The position numbers and the translations under genes are program-made. Positions 45,035-54,358 of a DNA stretch of 64,000 nucleotides are shown piece by piece; position 1 is the first letter of the stretch, and every line of letters starts with the position of its first letter. The stretch comes from an uncultured Roseburia sp. (lineage in GTDB: Bacteria > Bacillota > Clostridia > Lachnospirales > Lachnospiraceae), in contig CANRSX010000025.1 of assembly GCA_947642555.1 (NCBI GenBank), forward strand, positions 2,318-66,317, written 5' to 3'. Under the pieces are notes generated by a model, which made no database searches, was not told the DNA's origin, and worked only from the letters and a program-made list of their open reading frames with translations.

Positions 45035-46675
45035 CTATGCTCTGCGGATCGTCAGCAGATTCCACACGTCATCCAGACGCGGAACCATCGTAATGCCTTC
45101 CTTCACGCCGTAGCTGTTGTCGATCTGGCAGATGATCGCATACGGGACGTCGTCCGCGATGATCTGCTGCAGCTCCTTAAACTGTTCCTCACGCTCCTCC
45201 AGATTCATATTGGAGTCCGCCTCCTCAAACATCTGGTTGTATTCCTCGTTCGCGTAATTGCTCTCGCCTTCCGTATTCCTTCCGATATAACCGATCATAC
45301 CGTAGGATGCGTCAAAGAACCCGAGGCCGAAGCAGGTCATGAAGCCGTCCTCTGCGCTGTGCGCGGTAAATACATTCGAATAAGCGCTCGACTCCAGAAG
45401 CTGGAGATCCACTTTGATTCCCACCTGGGAGAGCATCGCCGTGATCGCCTGGCAGATCTCCGCGTCCATCAGGTAACGGCCGGTGGGCGCAACGATCTCC
45501 ATCTCAAAGCCGTCCGGATATCCGGCATCCGCCAGAAGCTCCTTCGCTTTCTCCGGATCATAATTACATTTGTCAACAAGATCCGTATTGCAGCCCGGGA
45601 TTCCCTCCGGGATACGCGTTAACATCGGCCTTCCGGCACCCTTTAAGATCTGATCCACAATCGCCCGGTCGTCGATCGCGTAATCGATCGCCTGGCGGAC
45701 GCGCAGATCCTGCGTCGGGCCATTGTCCACCTTTAACGCCAGCTGATAAACACGGGTGGACGGGCCGTTTATAATTGTGGTTCCCTCGTTATTATTGACA
45801 CGGTCCCACTCCGCCGGGATCACCATATTGACAATGTCAACATTGCCGGCGATCAGCTCTCCGACGCGTGTCGACGACTCCGGAATCACGCGGAAGATCA
45901 CCTCATCCCAGTCCGGGTTCTGCTCCCCGTAATAATCGGCGAAGGGCACCAGCGTCACATGGTCGTCCTTGACATACTCGGTCAGCTTATATGGGCCGCT
46001 TCCGATCGGATTCGCGACAAATCCGTCCAGTCCGACTTCCTCGACATAATCCTTCGGCAGAATCGACGCGCCGCCCTTTGCCAGAAGATTCAGCATGATC
46101 GGATACGGCTCCTTGCTGATGATCTGCACCGTATAGTCGTCGATCATCTTCGCTTCCTGTAACGGGGTAAAATTCGTGTAATCCGCACCCGTCTCGTCGT
46201 TGATGACACGGTTGATGGAATACTCCACATCCGCGGCCGTCACCGGCGTCCCGTCGTGGAACACGGCGTCCTCGCGCAGCTTAAATTCCCAGGTCAGGTT
46301 GTCCTCCAGCAGCTCATAGCTGACGGCCAGATCGTTTTCCAGCTCGCCGGAATCATCCTGCTTTACCAGATTGCTGTATACGTTCTGCAGCACGGCCGTC
46401 GTGGAGCCGGAATTTAAGATCTGCGGATCCGTCGTGATGATGTCCGCATTGATGGCGATCATAAGCGTCCTGCTCTCCTCACCGCCCGCCGCACCGGCGT
46501 CCTCACCGGCATCGCTGTCCGCAGACTCGTCCGGGGCCGCAGGGGCCTGCGTTTCCGGAGCCGGCGCCGGATCCTGTTTGTCCGGCTCTTTCGTATCGTT
46601 CCCGCATCCTGTCAGAACCGATGCCAGCATCACGGCCGATAAGCCGAGCGCCAGATACTTTTTCATAACTTTCAT
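45035..46675 (-). CDS. oppA: Family-5 peptide/nickel ABC solute-binding lipoprotein (OppA/DppA-type)
   Basis: 546 aa. Signal peptide plus lipobox LTGCGN, an acidic/Ala-rich linker, then an SBP_bac_5-like body. RBS AAAGGAGGAAAA. Confidence 0.8.
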   Translation of the reverse strand: MKVMKKYLALGLSAVMLASVLTGCGNDTKEPDKQDPAPAPETQAPAAPDESADSDAGEDAGAAGGEESRTLMIAINADIITTDPQILNSGSTTAVLQNVYSNLVKQDDSGELENDLAVSYELLEDNLTWEFKLREDAVFHDGTPVTAADVEYSINRVINDETGADYTNFTPLQEAKMIDDYTVQIISKEPYPIMLNLLAKGGASILPKDYVEEVGLDGFVANPIGSGPYKLTEYVKDDHVTLVPFADYYGEQNPDWDEVIFRVIPESSTRVGELIAGNVDIVNMVIPAEWDRVNNNEGTTIINGPSTRVYQLALKVDNGPTQDLRVRQAIDYAIDDRAIVDQILKGAGRPMLTRIPEGIPGCNTDLVDKCNYDPEKAKELLADAGYPDGFEMEIVAPTGRYLMDAEICQAITAMLSQVGIKVDLQLLESSAYSNVFTAHSAEDGFMTCFGLGFFDASYGMIGYIGRNTEGESNYANEEYNQMFEEADSNMNLEEREEQFKELQQIIADDVPYAIICQIDNSYGVKEGITMVPRLDDVWNLLTIRRA

Positions 46676-46750
46676 ACCTGTTTTCCTCCTTTTTGCTTTG
46701 GTGTTCTATCACTCAACGGCGGAATCCGCCGGAAAGCTTCTGTGTGGTTC

Positions 46751-48112
46751 CTATTCCTGCACGGCAAACTCGTGCATCATAGTCGCCGTAATCCGGATCA
46801 TATCGATAAACGCATTCACCGCCAGGTGCTCGTTCGGCGCATGAATATTCGCGCTCTCGCTCGACGCACCGAACATCGAGGCCGGGATATTCGTCTCCGC
46901 GCAGAAGGCATACATCGGCGAGGTACCGCCCGAGGTACACTGCACGCACGGCTGTTCGTCAAACAGTTCCTCCATGGTCCGGATGACCGCTTTGCAGAAC
47001 GGGGAATTTAAGTCGCTGCGGAATGCCTTACAGCCCGAATGGCACACGATTTCGATGTCCTCAAATCCATGCGCATCAAGATGCGTTCTGAGCAGCTCTA
47101 AGATCCGGTCCGGATCCTGCCCCGGCACCAGCCTGAAATCGATCTTGCAGCTCGCACGTCCCGGCAGCACCGTCTTGCTCCCCTCGCCCTGATATCCGGC
47201 TGTGATGCCGCAGATATTGCAGGTCGGCTGGTAATAGAGCGCCGTCAGCAGCTCCTCCCCGTGCTTATCGTCGATAAACCGGTCGATTCCGAGGATCTTT
47301 TTCACCTCTTCCTCATTGAAGACATCTGTCTTTAACATCTCCCGCTCCTGATCTGACACCGGCTGTATACCGTCGTAGAAACCGTCGATCAGAATCCTTC
47401 CGTCGCGGTCTTTTAACGTGTTTAACGCCTGCACAAGCCGCCATGTGGCGCTCGGCTCAATCGCCGCGTACATCGAATGCGCGTCCTTCTCGCTCACTTT
47501 TGAGAACAGCTCCACGTACAGCAGGCCCTTTACGCCCATCGTGATCTCCGCCGGGCCGCCCGGTTCGCGGTTTCCACCCTCCCAGACATATCCGTCGCAC
47601 GCGATCAGATCCGGGTGCTCCTTCGCAAACCCGGCAAGATGCGGGCTTCCGATCTCCTCCTCGCCCTCGAAGCAGAACTTCACATTCAGCGGCAGCTGTC
47701 CGTGCACCTTCTGCCACGCGTCCACCGCGCACAGCCTGGTCACAAGGCCGTCCTTATTGTCCGCCACGCCGCGGGCATAGATCACGCCGTCCCGGATCTC
47801 GGCAGCAAACGGATCGGAGAGCCACTCGTCGATCGGATCCACCGGCTGTACGTCATAGTGGTCGTAAAAACCGAACGTGCGGTCCACCGCCCCTCTGATC
47901 TCCCCGTAGACAAACGGGCTCCCTCCCGTCTCAAACATCTGCGGGCCGGCCCCGAGCTTCTTAAGCTCCTCCATCACCATATCCGCCATCTCGCGGATCC
48001 CCTCTCCCGTATTCGCCAGGCTGGGCTGCTGACAGAATCTGACAAGCAGGCTGATATATTCTTCCCTGTGTGCCTCGATATAATCCAGCACTTTCTGAAG
48101 TTTTTCATTCAT
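46751..48112 (-). CDS. M20/M25/M40-family metallopeptidase (dipeptidase/amidohydrolase)
   Basis: 453 aa. FYDHYDVQP and ARGVADNKDG. RBS GGAGAGGAGAGG. Confidence 0.75.
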   Translation of the reverse strand: MNEKLQKVLDYIEAHREEYISLLVRFCQQPSLANTGEGIREMADMVMEELKKLGAGPQMFETGGSPFVYGEIRGAVDRTFGFYDHYDVQPVDPIDEWLSDPFAAEIRDGVIYARGVADNKDGLVTRLCAVDAWQKVHGQLPLNVKFCFEGEEEIGSPHLAGFAKEHPDLIACDGYVWEGGNREPGGPAEITMGVKGLLYVELFSKVSEKDAHSMYAAIEPSATWRLVQALNTLKDRDGRILIDGFYDGIQPVSDQEREMLKTDVFNEEEVKKILGIDRFIDDKHGEELLTALYYQPTCNICGITAGYQGEGSKTVLPGRASCKIDFRLVPGQDPDRILELLRTHLDAHGFEDIEIVCHSGCKAFRSDLNSPFCKAVIRTMEELFDEQPCVQCTSGGTSPMYAFCAETNIPASMFGASSESANIHAPNEHLAVNAFIDMIRITATMMHEFAVQE

Positions 48113-48151
48113 GGCACCTCTCCTCTCCGTCTTTATTTTTCAATTTACATC

Positions 48152-48180
48152 ATTTTATCACATATTATTTCATTATTCAA
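48152..48180 (-). promoter_or_regulatory. Candidate SigA-type promoter of the M20-Opp operon
   Basis: On the minus strand: TTGAAT (48180..48175), a 17-nt spacer, then TAAAAT (48157..48152), about 40 nt upstream of the ATG at 48112. Confidence 0.45.
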
Positions 48181-48200
48181 TCATTTTTTTGAATAAATAT

Positions 48201-48233
48201 AACAAATAGTGACGTATATTGAAGCTATTTGTT
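48201..48233 (-). other. 9-bp inverted repeat after the last TIM-barrel gene (weak terminator or operator)
   Basis: AACAAATAG-n15-CTATTTGTT, followed on the minus strand by ATATTTATT. Confidence 0.3.
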
Positions 48234-48243
48234 CACATTCTGA

Positions 48244-49080
48244 TTATATCCATTCCGCCGCCCTGCGCAGCGCTTCGTCCGGATTCACATAATAATCCGC
48301 ACCCCACAGAGACAGCGAAATCACGCCGTCATATCCGCAGGCCGAAAGCTTTTCATACCACTGATCCCGCACCAGCGCCGCCTCTTCCCACGCCGCGGCG
48401 TCGTGTTTTCCCGGCATGCCATCCGGCCACGACAGGCGCACATGGCCGATCTGGCCGAAGGTGTCCGTGTAATCCGCAATTCCTTCCCCCCGGCGGCGCG
48501 CAAGGGCCAGATCCAGCCCTGCCTTCACCTGCTTTGAACCGGCTTCTTTTATGATGCGCGCAAGATGTGAAAGATCCCGGGCAAACAGGGTCGCGGTCTC
48601 GTCCATCTCCTCCATGATCAGCGTAATCCCGAGCGTTTCCGCCTTTTCGGCCAGGATCTGAACCGACTCCGCCGCGCGCTTCACATTCTCCTCTCTCTGA
48701 TCGTCCACATACTCCCAGCCCGGCGCCAGCACCATCCGGTCCGACCCAAAGGCCGCCGTATCCTCCAGGTACATCTCCATCACCCGCATACTGTTTTTGC
48801 GGATATATTCGGACGGGGATGCGATATTGACGGGATACTGGCGGCACTGCTCCGGGTGAAACACCGCCATGTGAAGTCCCCGCTCCGAGAGGAGCCTTCT
48901 GATCTGACGGATCCTGGCCGCGCGCTCCGACGGGGTGTAATCGTCCACACAGAAATGCGGGGATGCCCCCCAGAGCTCAACGCTGTCAAATCCGTTTGCG
49001 GCAATCGAGTCCAGCCCGTATTCCAGCGTGTGATGCAGAAACGGAGCCGTCAGCACACAAAATGTTTTTCTTCCCTTCAT
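48244..49080 (-). CDS. Xylose-isomerase-like TIM-barrel protein, paralog A (divergent)
   Basis: 278 aa, AP_endonuc_2-like (DSVELWG.., LIMEEM, GLDL). ATGA overlap with paralog B (49077..49080). Confidence 0.7.
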   Translation of the reverse strand: MKGRKTFCVLTAPFLHHTLEYGLDSIAANGFDSVELWGASPHFCVDDYTPSERAARIRQIRRLLSERGLHMAVFHPEQCRQYPVNIASPSEYIRKNSMRVMEMYLEDTAAFGSDRMVLAPGWEYVDDQREENVKRAAESVQILAEKAETLGITLIMEEMDETATLFARDLSHLARIIKEAGSKQVKAGLDLALARRRGEGIADYTDTFGQIGHVRLSWPDGMPGKHDAAAWEEAALVRDQWYEKLSACGYDGVISLSLWGADYYVNPDEALRRAAEWI

Positions 49081-49925
49081 ACCAGTTCTCCTCCGTCAAA
49101 ATGTTCCCGCAGCGTCTCAATATTCGCCCGGTAATGCGGCTCGGGATCCAGCTGATATGCGCCGTTTGCCATCTCCATCGTGATAAACCCGCGGTAATTG
49201 TATCTGCGCATGGCGTCTAAATGCGCGTCCAGATCCTGAAATCCGTCCCCCCATTTCATATGGCCGTACGGCCTGCCGTCGTTCAGATGGATATGCGCCA
49301 GTTTCTCCCCGAGCACCTCAAAATACTGCTCCAGCGTCTCCCCGTCATACGCGACCGGAACCGTGTCCACACAGCATTTCAGGTAATCGGAGTCAATGTC
49401 CCGCACCATACGGTACTGGTCATACCGGTTTGTCGCCAGCGCCGACTCCCTCTCGTTTAAATTTTCATACATCAGCACAACGCCGCATTTCTCCGCGTGC
49501 CGCACCAGGCGTTCCACCGAATCCCTGGCCCACCGGTACCCTTCTGAAAGCGGGCGGTCGCGGTACGGCCGTCCCGGGCACAGCAGCATCTGCGGGCACG
49601 ACAATTCCGCCGCGGCCTCGATAAACCGCATGTACTGCTCCACCGTCTTATTGCGGATTCCGGCCTCCGGCGCCGCGATGTTTACGGCGTAGGTATTCTC
49701 CTCCGGCATCAGGGAGATCACCCGGAAGCCGCGTCCATCCAGCTTCTTTTTCATCGCCGGCACCGGATCCTTCGCGGAATCGTAAAAATGGAAATGCGGG
49801 CTGCAGCCGTAAAGCTCGAGCTGGTGCACCCCCAGCCGGTCCATGGAATCCAGAAAAGAATCAAACGAAAACCGCATATATACCATATTGGTTGCCGCCA
49901 GTTGCGACATAAGTAGTTTTGACAT
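49077..49925 (-). CDS. Xylose-isomerase-like TIM-barrel protein (sugar-phosphate isomerase/epimerase family), paralog B
   Basis: 282 aa. LMYENL, CVDT, HIHLNDGRPYGHMKWGDG, ITMEM. RBS GGGGGAG. Confidence 0.75.
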   Translation of the reverse strand: MSKLLMSQLAATNMVYMRFSFDSFLDSMDRLGVHQLELYGCSPHFHFYDSAKDPVPAMKKKLDGRGFRVISLMPEENTYAVNIAAPEAGIRNKTVEQYMRFIEAAAELSCPQMLLCPGRPYRDRPLSEGYRWARDSVERLVRHAEKCGVVLMYENLNERESALATNRYDQYRMVRDIDSDYLKCCVDTVPVAYDGETLEQYFEVLGEKLAHIHLNDGRPYGHMKWGDGFQDLDAHLDAMRRYNYRGFITMEMANGAYQLDPEPHYRANIETLREHFDGGELV

Positions 49926-49966
49926 ATCTCCCCCTTTTTATGTGCCCGCGTTTTCCGGCAGCACAT

Positions 49967-50806
49967 TCAGTCCCCGAAGTACATCCTGAGGTTTCTCATA
50001 TTTCTCTGATCGTGGTAAAACGGATCCGCAAAATAGCTGCGATCTGTCAGCTCCTGGCTGAACAGCCCCTGATACCCGTTGTCCAGCATGCATTTCACAT
50101 CCTCATACAGGCTGCGGTTCCCGTCGCCCCACACATAGTGCCCGTACGGATTGCAGTCCTGAAAATGGCTGTGGATGATATTTTCCGCGCCGAACGCGTC
50201 AAACCAGTCCTGAATCGTCTCTCCCGCCACCGAGACCGCCGTCAGATCGATCATCACCTTAAACGCCGGGTGATTCACCTCGTCAAACATGCGTCTGATC
50301 TGATCCAGCCGAAATCCGATCCTCGTCTCCTCCGGCCGCAGGGATTCGCATGCGATCCGCATCCCGTATTCCGCAGCCACCTCCGCCAGCCGCTGATGCA
50401 TCTCCACCGCGCGTTTAAAGCCCTCTTCCTCCGGTTCATTCCAGTATCCCCAGCCGGAATTCGCTTCCAGAATCTTTGCACCGAGCTCGGCGCCAAAGCG
50501 GATCCCGTTCGAGAAAAAGCGGAAGCATCTCTCCTTAAGCTCCGGCTCCTTTGCCGCGAACTGATAGCCGTAAGCGCAGTTTTCCGGCGTAAATACCGGG
50601 CAGCTTAATCCGCGCTCCTTCAGCTTCCCCGCGATCGGCGCGGCGTCCTGATATCCCTGATGATCCATCCAGAGGCCCTGATGCGCGCCGAGCAGCTCGA
50701 CATTTCTGATCCCGAGAGCCTGCTGGCAGTCCAGGAAATAGTCGAGCGTATAATTATTATAATGAAGATTTAAAACGGAAATCCGTTCGATACCGGCCAG
50801 TCTCAT
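49967..50806 (-). CDS. Xylose-isomerase-like TIM-barrel protein, paralog C
   Basis: 279 aa. IACESL, MIDLTAVSVAGET, HSHFQDCNPYGHYVWGDG, SQELTD. ATGA overlap with paralog D (50803..50806). Confidence 0.75.
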   Translation of the reverse strand: MRLAGIERISVLNLHYNNYTLDYFLDCQQALGIRNVELLGAHQGLWMDHQGYQDAAPIAGKLKERGLSCPVFTPENCAYGYQFAAKEPELKERCFRFFSNGIRFGAELGAKILEANSGWGYWNEPEEEGFKRAVEMHQRLAEVAAEYGMRIACESLRPEETRIGFRLDQIRRMFDEVNHPAFKVMIDLTAVSVAGETIQDWFDAFGAENIIHSHFQDCNPYGHYVWGDGNRSLYEDVKCMLDNGYQGLFSQELTDRSYFADPFYHDQRNMRNLRMYFGD

Positions 50807-51651
50807 ATGCGCTCCTCCTTCACAAAAAACGGCTCAAAGGCGGCGATATTCCTGCGGTCCGCCTCACGCGGATCCGCGAAATATCTTCCGTCCGTGATCT
50901 CCTGCCCCAGATACCCCTCGTAATGATACTCATTCATGAGCTGTATGTAATCCGCGAGCGGATGAAGGCCGTCGCCCCACACCAGATGGCCGTACGGCCT
51001 GCCGTCCGGAAAATGCATGTGGCGGATATCGCTGCCGAGCGTCTCAAACCATTCCTTTACGGTCTCGCCGGCAACCCCCACTGCCGTCAGATCCAGCGCT
51101 GCCTTCACATTCGGGTGATCCACCGCGTCAAGCAGGCGCTTTAACTGCGGAAGCGTGATGATCATGCGGGATTCCTCCGGGCGCACCGTCTCCACCGCCA
51201 GCGTCACGCCGTTTGCCTCCGCCACCGGCGCCAGCGCGCGAAGCACGTTAACCGCACGGTCAAACGTCCGCTCCGGATCCTCGTTCCAGTCGCCGCCGCA
51301 GCAGTTTGTCAGCATCACCTTCGCGCCGACCTCCCCCGCCGCCTTAATCCCGTTGGTGTAGTAACCCATGGCGTGCCGCTGCGCCACCTCATCGTGCGCG
51401 CAGATCAGATAGTTGTACATCGCGCACTCCGGCGTGAATACCCCGATATGAAGCCCGTGGCTCTCCACCTTTTTCTTCAGCTCCCCGGTATCCTGATACC
51501 CGTAATCGTCCAAAAGAAAATGCGGTACGCCGCACCACATCTCAATTGTTTTAAACCCAAGCTCTTCCTGGCATTCCAGGAAATAATCAAAGGAATGGTA
51601 CATATAATGAATCCCCATTCCGGCCAGCTGCTCTCTTCGCAAACCAGGCAT
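50803..51651 (-). CDS. Xylose-isomerase-like TIM-barrel protein, paralog D
   Basis: 282 aa from the ATG at 51651, which follows GAGGAGGGAATGTG. LAVETV, ALDLTAVGVAGET, HMHFPDGRPYGHLVWGDG, GQEITD. Confidence 0.75.
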   Translation of the reverse strand: MPGLRREQLAGMGIHYMYHSFDYFLECQEELGFKTIEMWCGVPHFLLDDYGYQDTGELKKKVESHGLHIGVFTPECAMYNYLICAHDEVAQRHAMGYYTNGIKAAGEVGAKVMLTNCCGGDWNEDPERTFDRAVNVLRALAPVAEANGVTLAVETVRPEESRMIITLPQLKRLLDAVDHPNVKAALDLTAVGVAGETVKEWFETLGSDIRHMHFPDGRPYGHLVWGDGLHPLADYIQLMNEYHYEGYLGQEITDGRYFADPREADRRNIAAFEPFFVKEERI

Positions 51652-51910
51652 CACATTCCCTCCTCTGTTCTTTTCCTCCTTTTTCTGCTCCATTTTGAAA
51701 CTTAATGATTTATCTTGCAAATTAATTCTAGCACTCTTGTCAGTTTGTTTCAAGTAATACATAAAACTTTTCATTATTTTTCATCTTTTCCGAGAAACTT
51801 TTGTCGGATAAACCGGATTTACTTGCTTTCCCTGTAGATTAATGATATATTGATCTTATCACAACAACATGCAAAATCCTCCTTTATGATGCTTTATTCT
51901 CTGAAACATT

Positions 51911-51932
51911 ATGATATCTTGCAAAATATCAT
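51911..51932. promoter_or_regulatory. Candidate operator palindrome in the divergent control region
   Basis: ATGATAT-CTTGCAAA-ATATCAT. Its core ATCTTGCAAA (51916..51925) recurs at 51712..51721. Confidence 0.3.
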
Positions 51933-51952
51933 TATTTACGGAGGATTTTATT

Positions 51953-52756
51953 ATGTGGACAGAAGAACTGTTCGGAGTCACAAAACCAATTATCGCGTTG
52001 CTGCACCTTGGCGCGCTTCCCGGTGATCCGGGCTTTTGCGGCGATATGGATCAGGTGATCTGCCAGGCCAGAAAGGATCTGATCGCGCTGCAGGACGGCG
52101 GTGTGGACGGCGTGCTGATCGCCAACGAGTTCAGTCTTCCCTATCAGCCTGTGGCGGATCCGGTCACGGTCGCGTCCATGGGTTACATTGTCGGGCAGTT
52201 AAAGGATGCGATCCGCGTCCCGTTTGGCGTAAACATCGTGTTAAACGCCCTCGCGACCTTAGAGCTTGCCGCCGCGACCGGCGCTGACTTTATCCGCAGC
52301 GCGTTTACCGGCGCATATATGGGGGAAAACGGTATTATGAATACAGATGTCGGCCAGATTGCCCGTCGCAAAAAAGCGCTCGGGCTTGATCATTTGCGGC
52401 TGTTATACAAGGTAAATCCGGAGTCGGACGCCTATCTTGTGCCGCGCGACATCGAAACCGTCACAAAATCGATCATTTTTAACTGCAGTCCGGACGGTCT
52501 GTGCGTCTCAGGCGCCAGCGCCGGGTCCGAGACCGATACGCAGATCCTGGAAAATGTAAAGCGGGCCGCCGGAGACGTGCCCGTATTCTGCAACACAGGC
52601 TTTAACGCCAGAACCGCCGCCGAAAAGCTGCGTTTCTGTGATGCCGCGTGCGTGGGAACCACCTTTAAAAAGGACGGAAAGTTCGAAAACAATGTGGATC
52701 CGGCACGCGTCATCGACCTGATGACAGTCGTAAAAGAAATCAGGGCCGGACACTGA
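51953..52756 (+). CDS. BtpA/SgcQ-family TIM-barrel protein
   Basis: KPIIALLHLGALPGDPGF..GVDGVLIANEFSLPY matches the BtpA family signature as I recall it. I moved the start to the ATG at 51953, which follows GGAGGA. Confidence 0.7.
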   Translation: MWTEELFGVTKPIIALLHLGALPGDPGFCGDMDQVICQARKDLIALQDGGVDGVLIANEFSLPYQPVADPVTVASMGYIVGQLKDAIRVPFGVNIVLNALATLELAAATGADFIRSAFTGAYMGENGIMNTDVGQIARRKKALGLDHLRLLYKVNPESDAYLVPRDIETVTKSIIFNCSPDGLCVSGASAGSETDTQILENVKRAAGDVPVFCNTGFNARTAAEKLRFCDAACVGTTFKKDGKFENNVDPARVIDLMTVVKEIRAGH

Positions 52757-52777
52757 CCCGGCGGAAACGGAGGATAT

Positions 52778-54292
52778 ATGGGGACGTATTTTATGGGAAT
52801 CGACGTGGGAACCTTCGAGACCAAGGGGGTTCTGGTAAACGACTGTTTTCAGGTGGCCGCAGAGATGAGCGCCAGGCATGGGATGGAAAATCCCATGCCC
52901 GGTTTCTTTGAACATGACGCCGAGGCTGTCTGGTGGAAGGATTTCTGTACGGTATCAAAGGGGCTGATCCAGAAGGCCGGGATCCGTCCGGAGGAGATCG
53001 CCGCTGTGGGCAGCGATGTGTTAGGCTGCGACTGTCTCCCGGTGGATGAGGCGTGCCGGCCGCTGCGCAAAGCGATCCTTTACGGCATCGACGCGAGAGC
53101 CACAGAGGAGATCGCATATTTAAACGACTATTATGGGGAAGACAGGGTGAAGGAGCTCTTCGGTCATCCGATCTGTTCCGACGATATCGGGCCGAAGATC
53201 CTCTGGATCCGGAATCACGAGCCCCGGATCTATGAAAAAACGTATAAGTTTCTGACCGGCTCCTCCTACATCACGGCAAAGCTGACCGGAGAATACGTGA
53301 TTGACCAGTTTCTGGCCAAATCGTCGTTCCGCCCGATGTACGATGAGAACGGCCGGACGGACGCGGCACACTGCGGGCTGTACTGCCGTCCCGATCAGCT
53401 CGCCGAATGTCGTTTTGTGCACGACATCGTCGGATATGTAACCGACGAAGCGGCTGCCGCGACCGGCTTACGCGCCGGGACTCCCGTCATCTGCGGCACC
53501 GGGGATTCCACCTCGGAGGCGATCAGCGTGGGGATCACGGAACCGGGAAAGCTGATGTTTCAGTTCGGCTCCTCCCTGTTCTTTTATTACTGCTCGGATC
53601 ACCTCGTGTACGATCACCGGGTTTACGGGCATAACTTTACCATCCCGGGAACGTTCAGCGTCTCCGGCGGGACAAACACAGCCGGAACGCTGACGCGCTG
53701 GATGCGCGACACCCTCTATTTCGACCTGTCCTCCGACGGGGAGAAAAGCGATTCCGACACCTGGCAGGCGATGATGACGCGGGCCGCTGACATTCCGCCC
53801 GGAAGCGGCGGGCTGATCGTCCTTCCCTACTTTGCCGGCGAGCGCTGTCCGATCAACGATGCCGGCGCGAAGGGAATGATCTTCGGCCTGACCTTAGAGC
53901 ACACGAGGGATCATCTGTACCGCGCGGCTCTGGAAGGGACTGCCTACGGGATCGCGCAGAATATCCGTGTGCTCCAGGAGCTCGGCCTTCCGGTCGACAC
54001 GCTGATCGCGGTCGGAGGCGGCACCAGAAACCCGCTGTGGATGCAGATCGTGGCGGACGTGATACAAAAGCCCGTATCCATCCCGAAGGTAAGCATCGGC
54101 GCCAGCTACGGCAGCGCCTTACTCGCCGCGCTCGGGATCGGGGCCTTAAAGAGCTTTCCTGACCTAAGCTCCGTCATACAGCCGGACCGCCTGATTCTGC
54201 CGGATCAGACTCACGCGGCGGTCTACCAGAACTATCAGGATATATTTGACCGTCTCTATCCCGCGACAAAAGATCTGATGCATCTGCTGTAG
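52778..54292 (+). CDS. FGGY-family carbohydrate kinase
   Basis: 504 aa. MGIDVGTFETKG and VGGGTRNPLWMQI. RBS GGAGGA. Confidence 0.85.
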   Translation: MGTYFMGIDVGTFETKGVLVNDCFQVAAEMSARHGMENPMPGFFEHDAEAVWWKDFCTVSKGLIQKAGIRPEEIAAVGSDVLGCDCLPVDEACRPLRKAILYGIDARATEEIAYLNDYYGEDRVKELFGHPICSDDIGPKILWIRNHEPRIYEKTYKFLTGSSYITAKLTGEYVIDQFLAKSSFRPMYDENGRTDAAHCGLYCRPDQLAECRFVHDIVGYVTDEAAAATGLRAGTPVICGTGDSTSEAISVGITEPGKLMFQFGSSLFFYYCSDHLVYDHRVYGHNFTIPGTFSVSGGTNTAGTLTRWMRDTLYFDLSSDGEKSDSDTWQAMMTRAADIPPGSGGLIVLPYFAGERCPINDAGAKGMIFGLTLEHTRDHLYRAALEGTAYGIAQNIRVLQELGLPVDTLIAVGGGTRNPLWMQIVADVIQKPVSIPKVSIGASYGSALLAALGIGALKSFPDLSSVIQPDRLILPDQTHAAVYQNYQDIFDRLYPATKDLMHLL

Positions 54293-54358
54293 CATCCAGA
54301 GACATGGCGGGACGGACGGAAATGGAAAAAGAACAACCATAACGGAGGATTACTCGCC

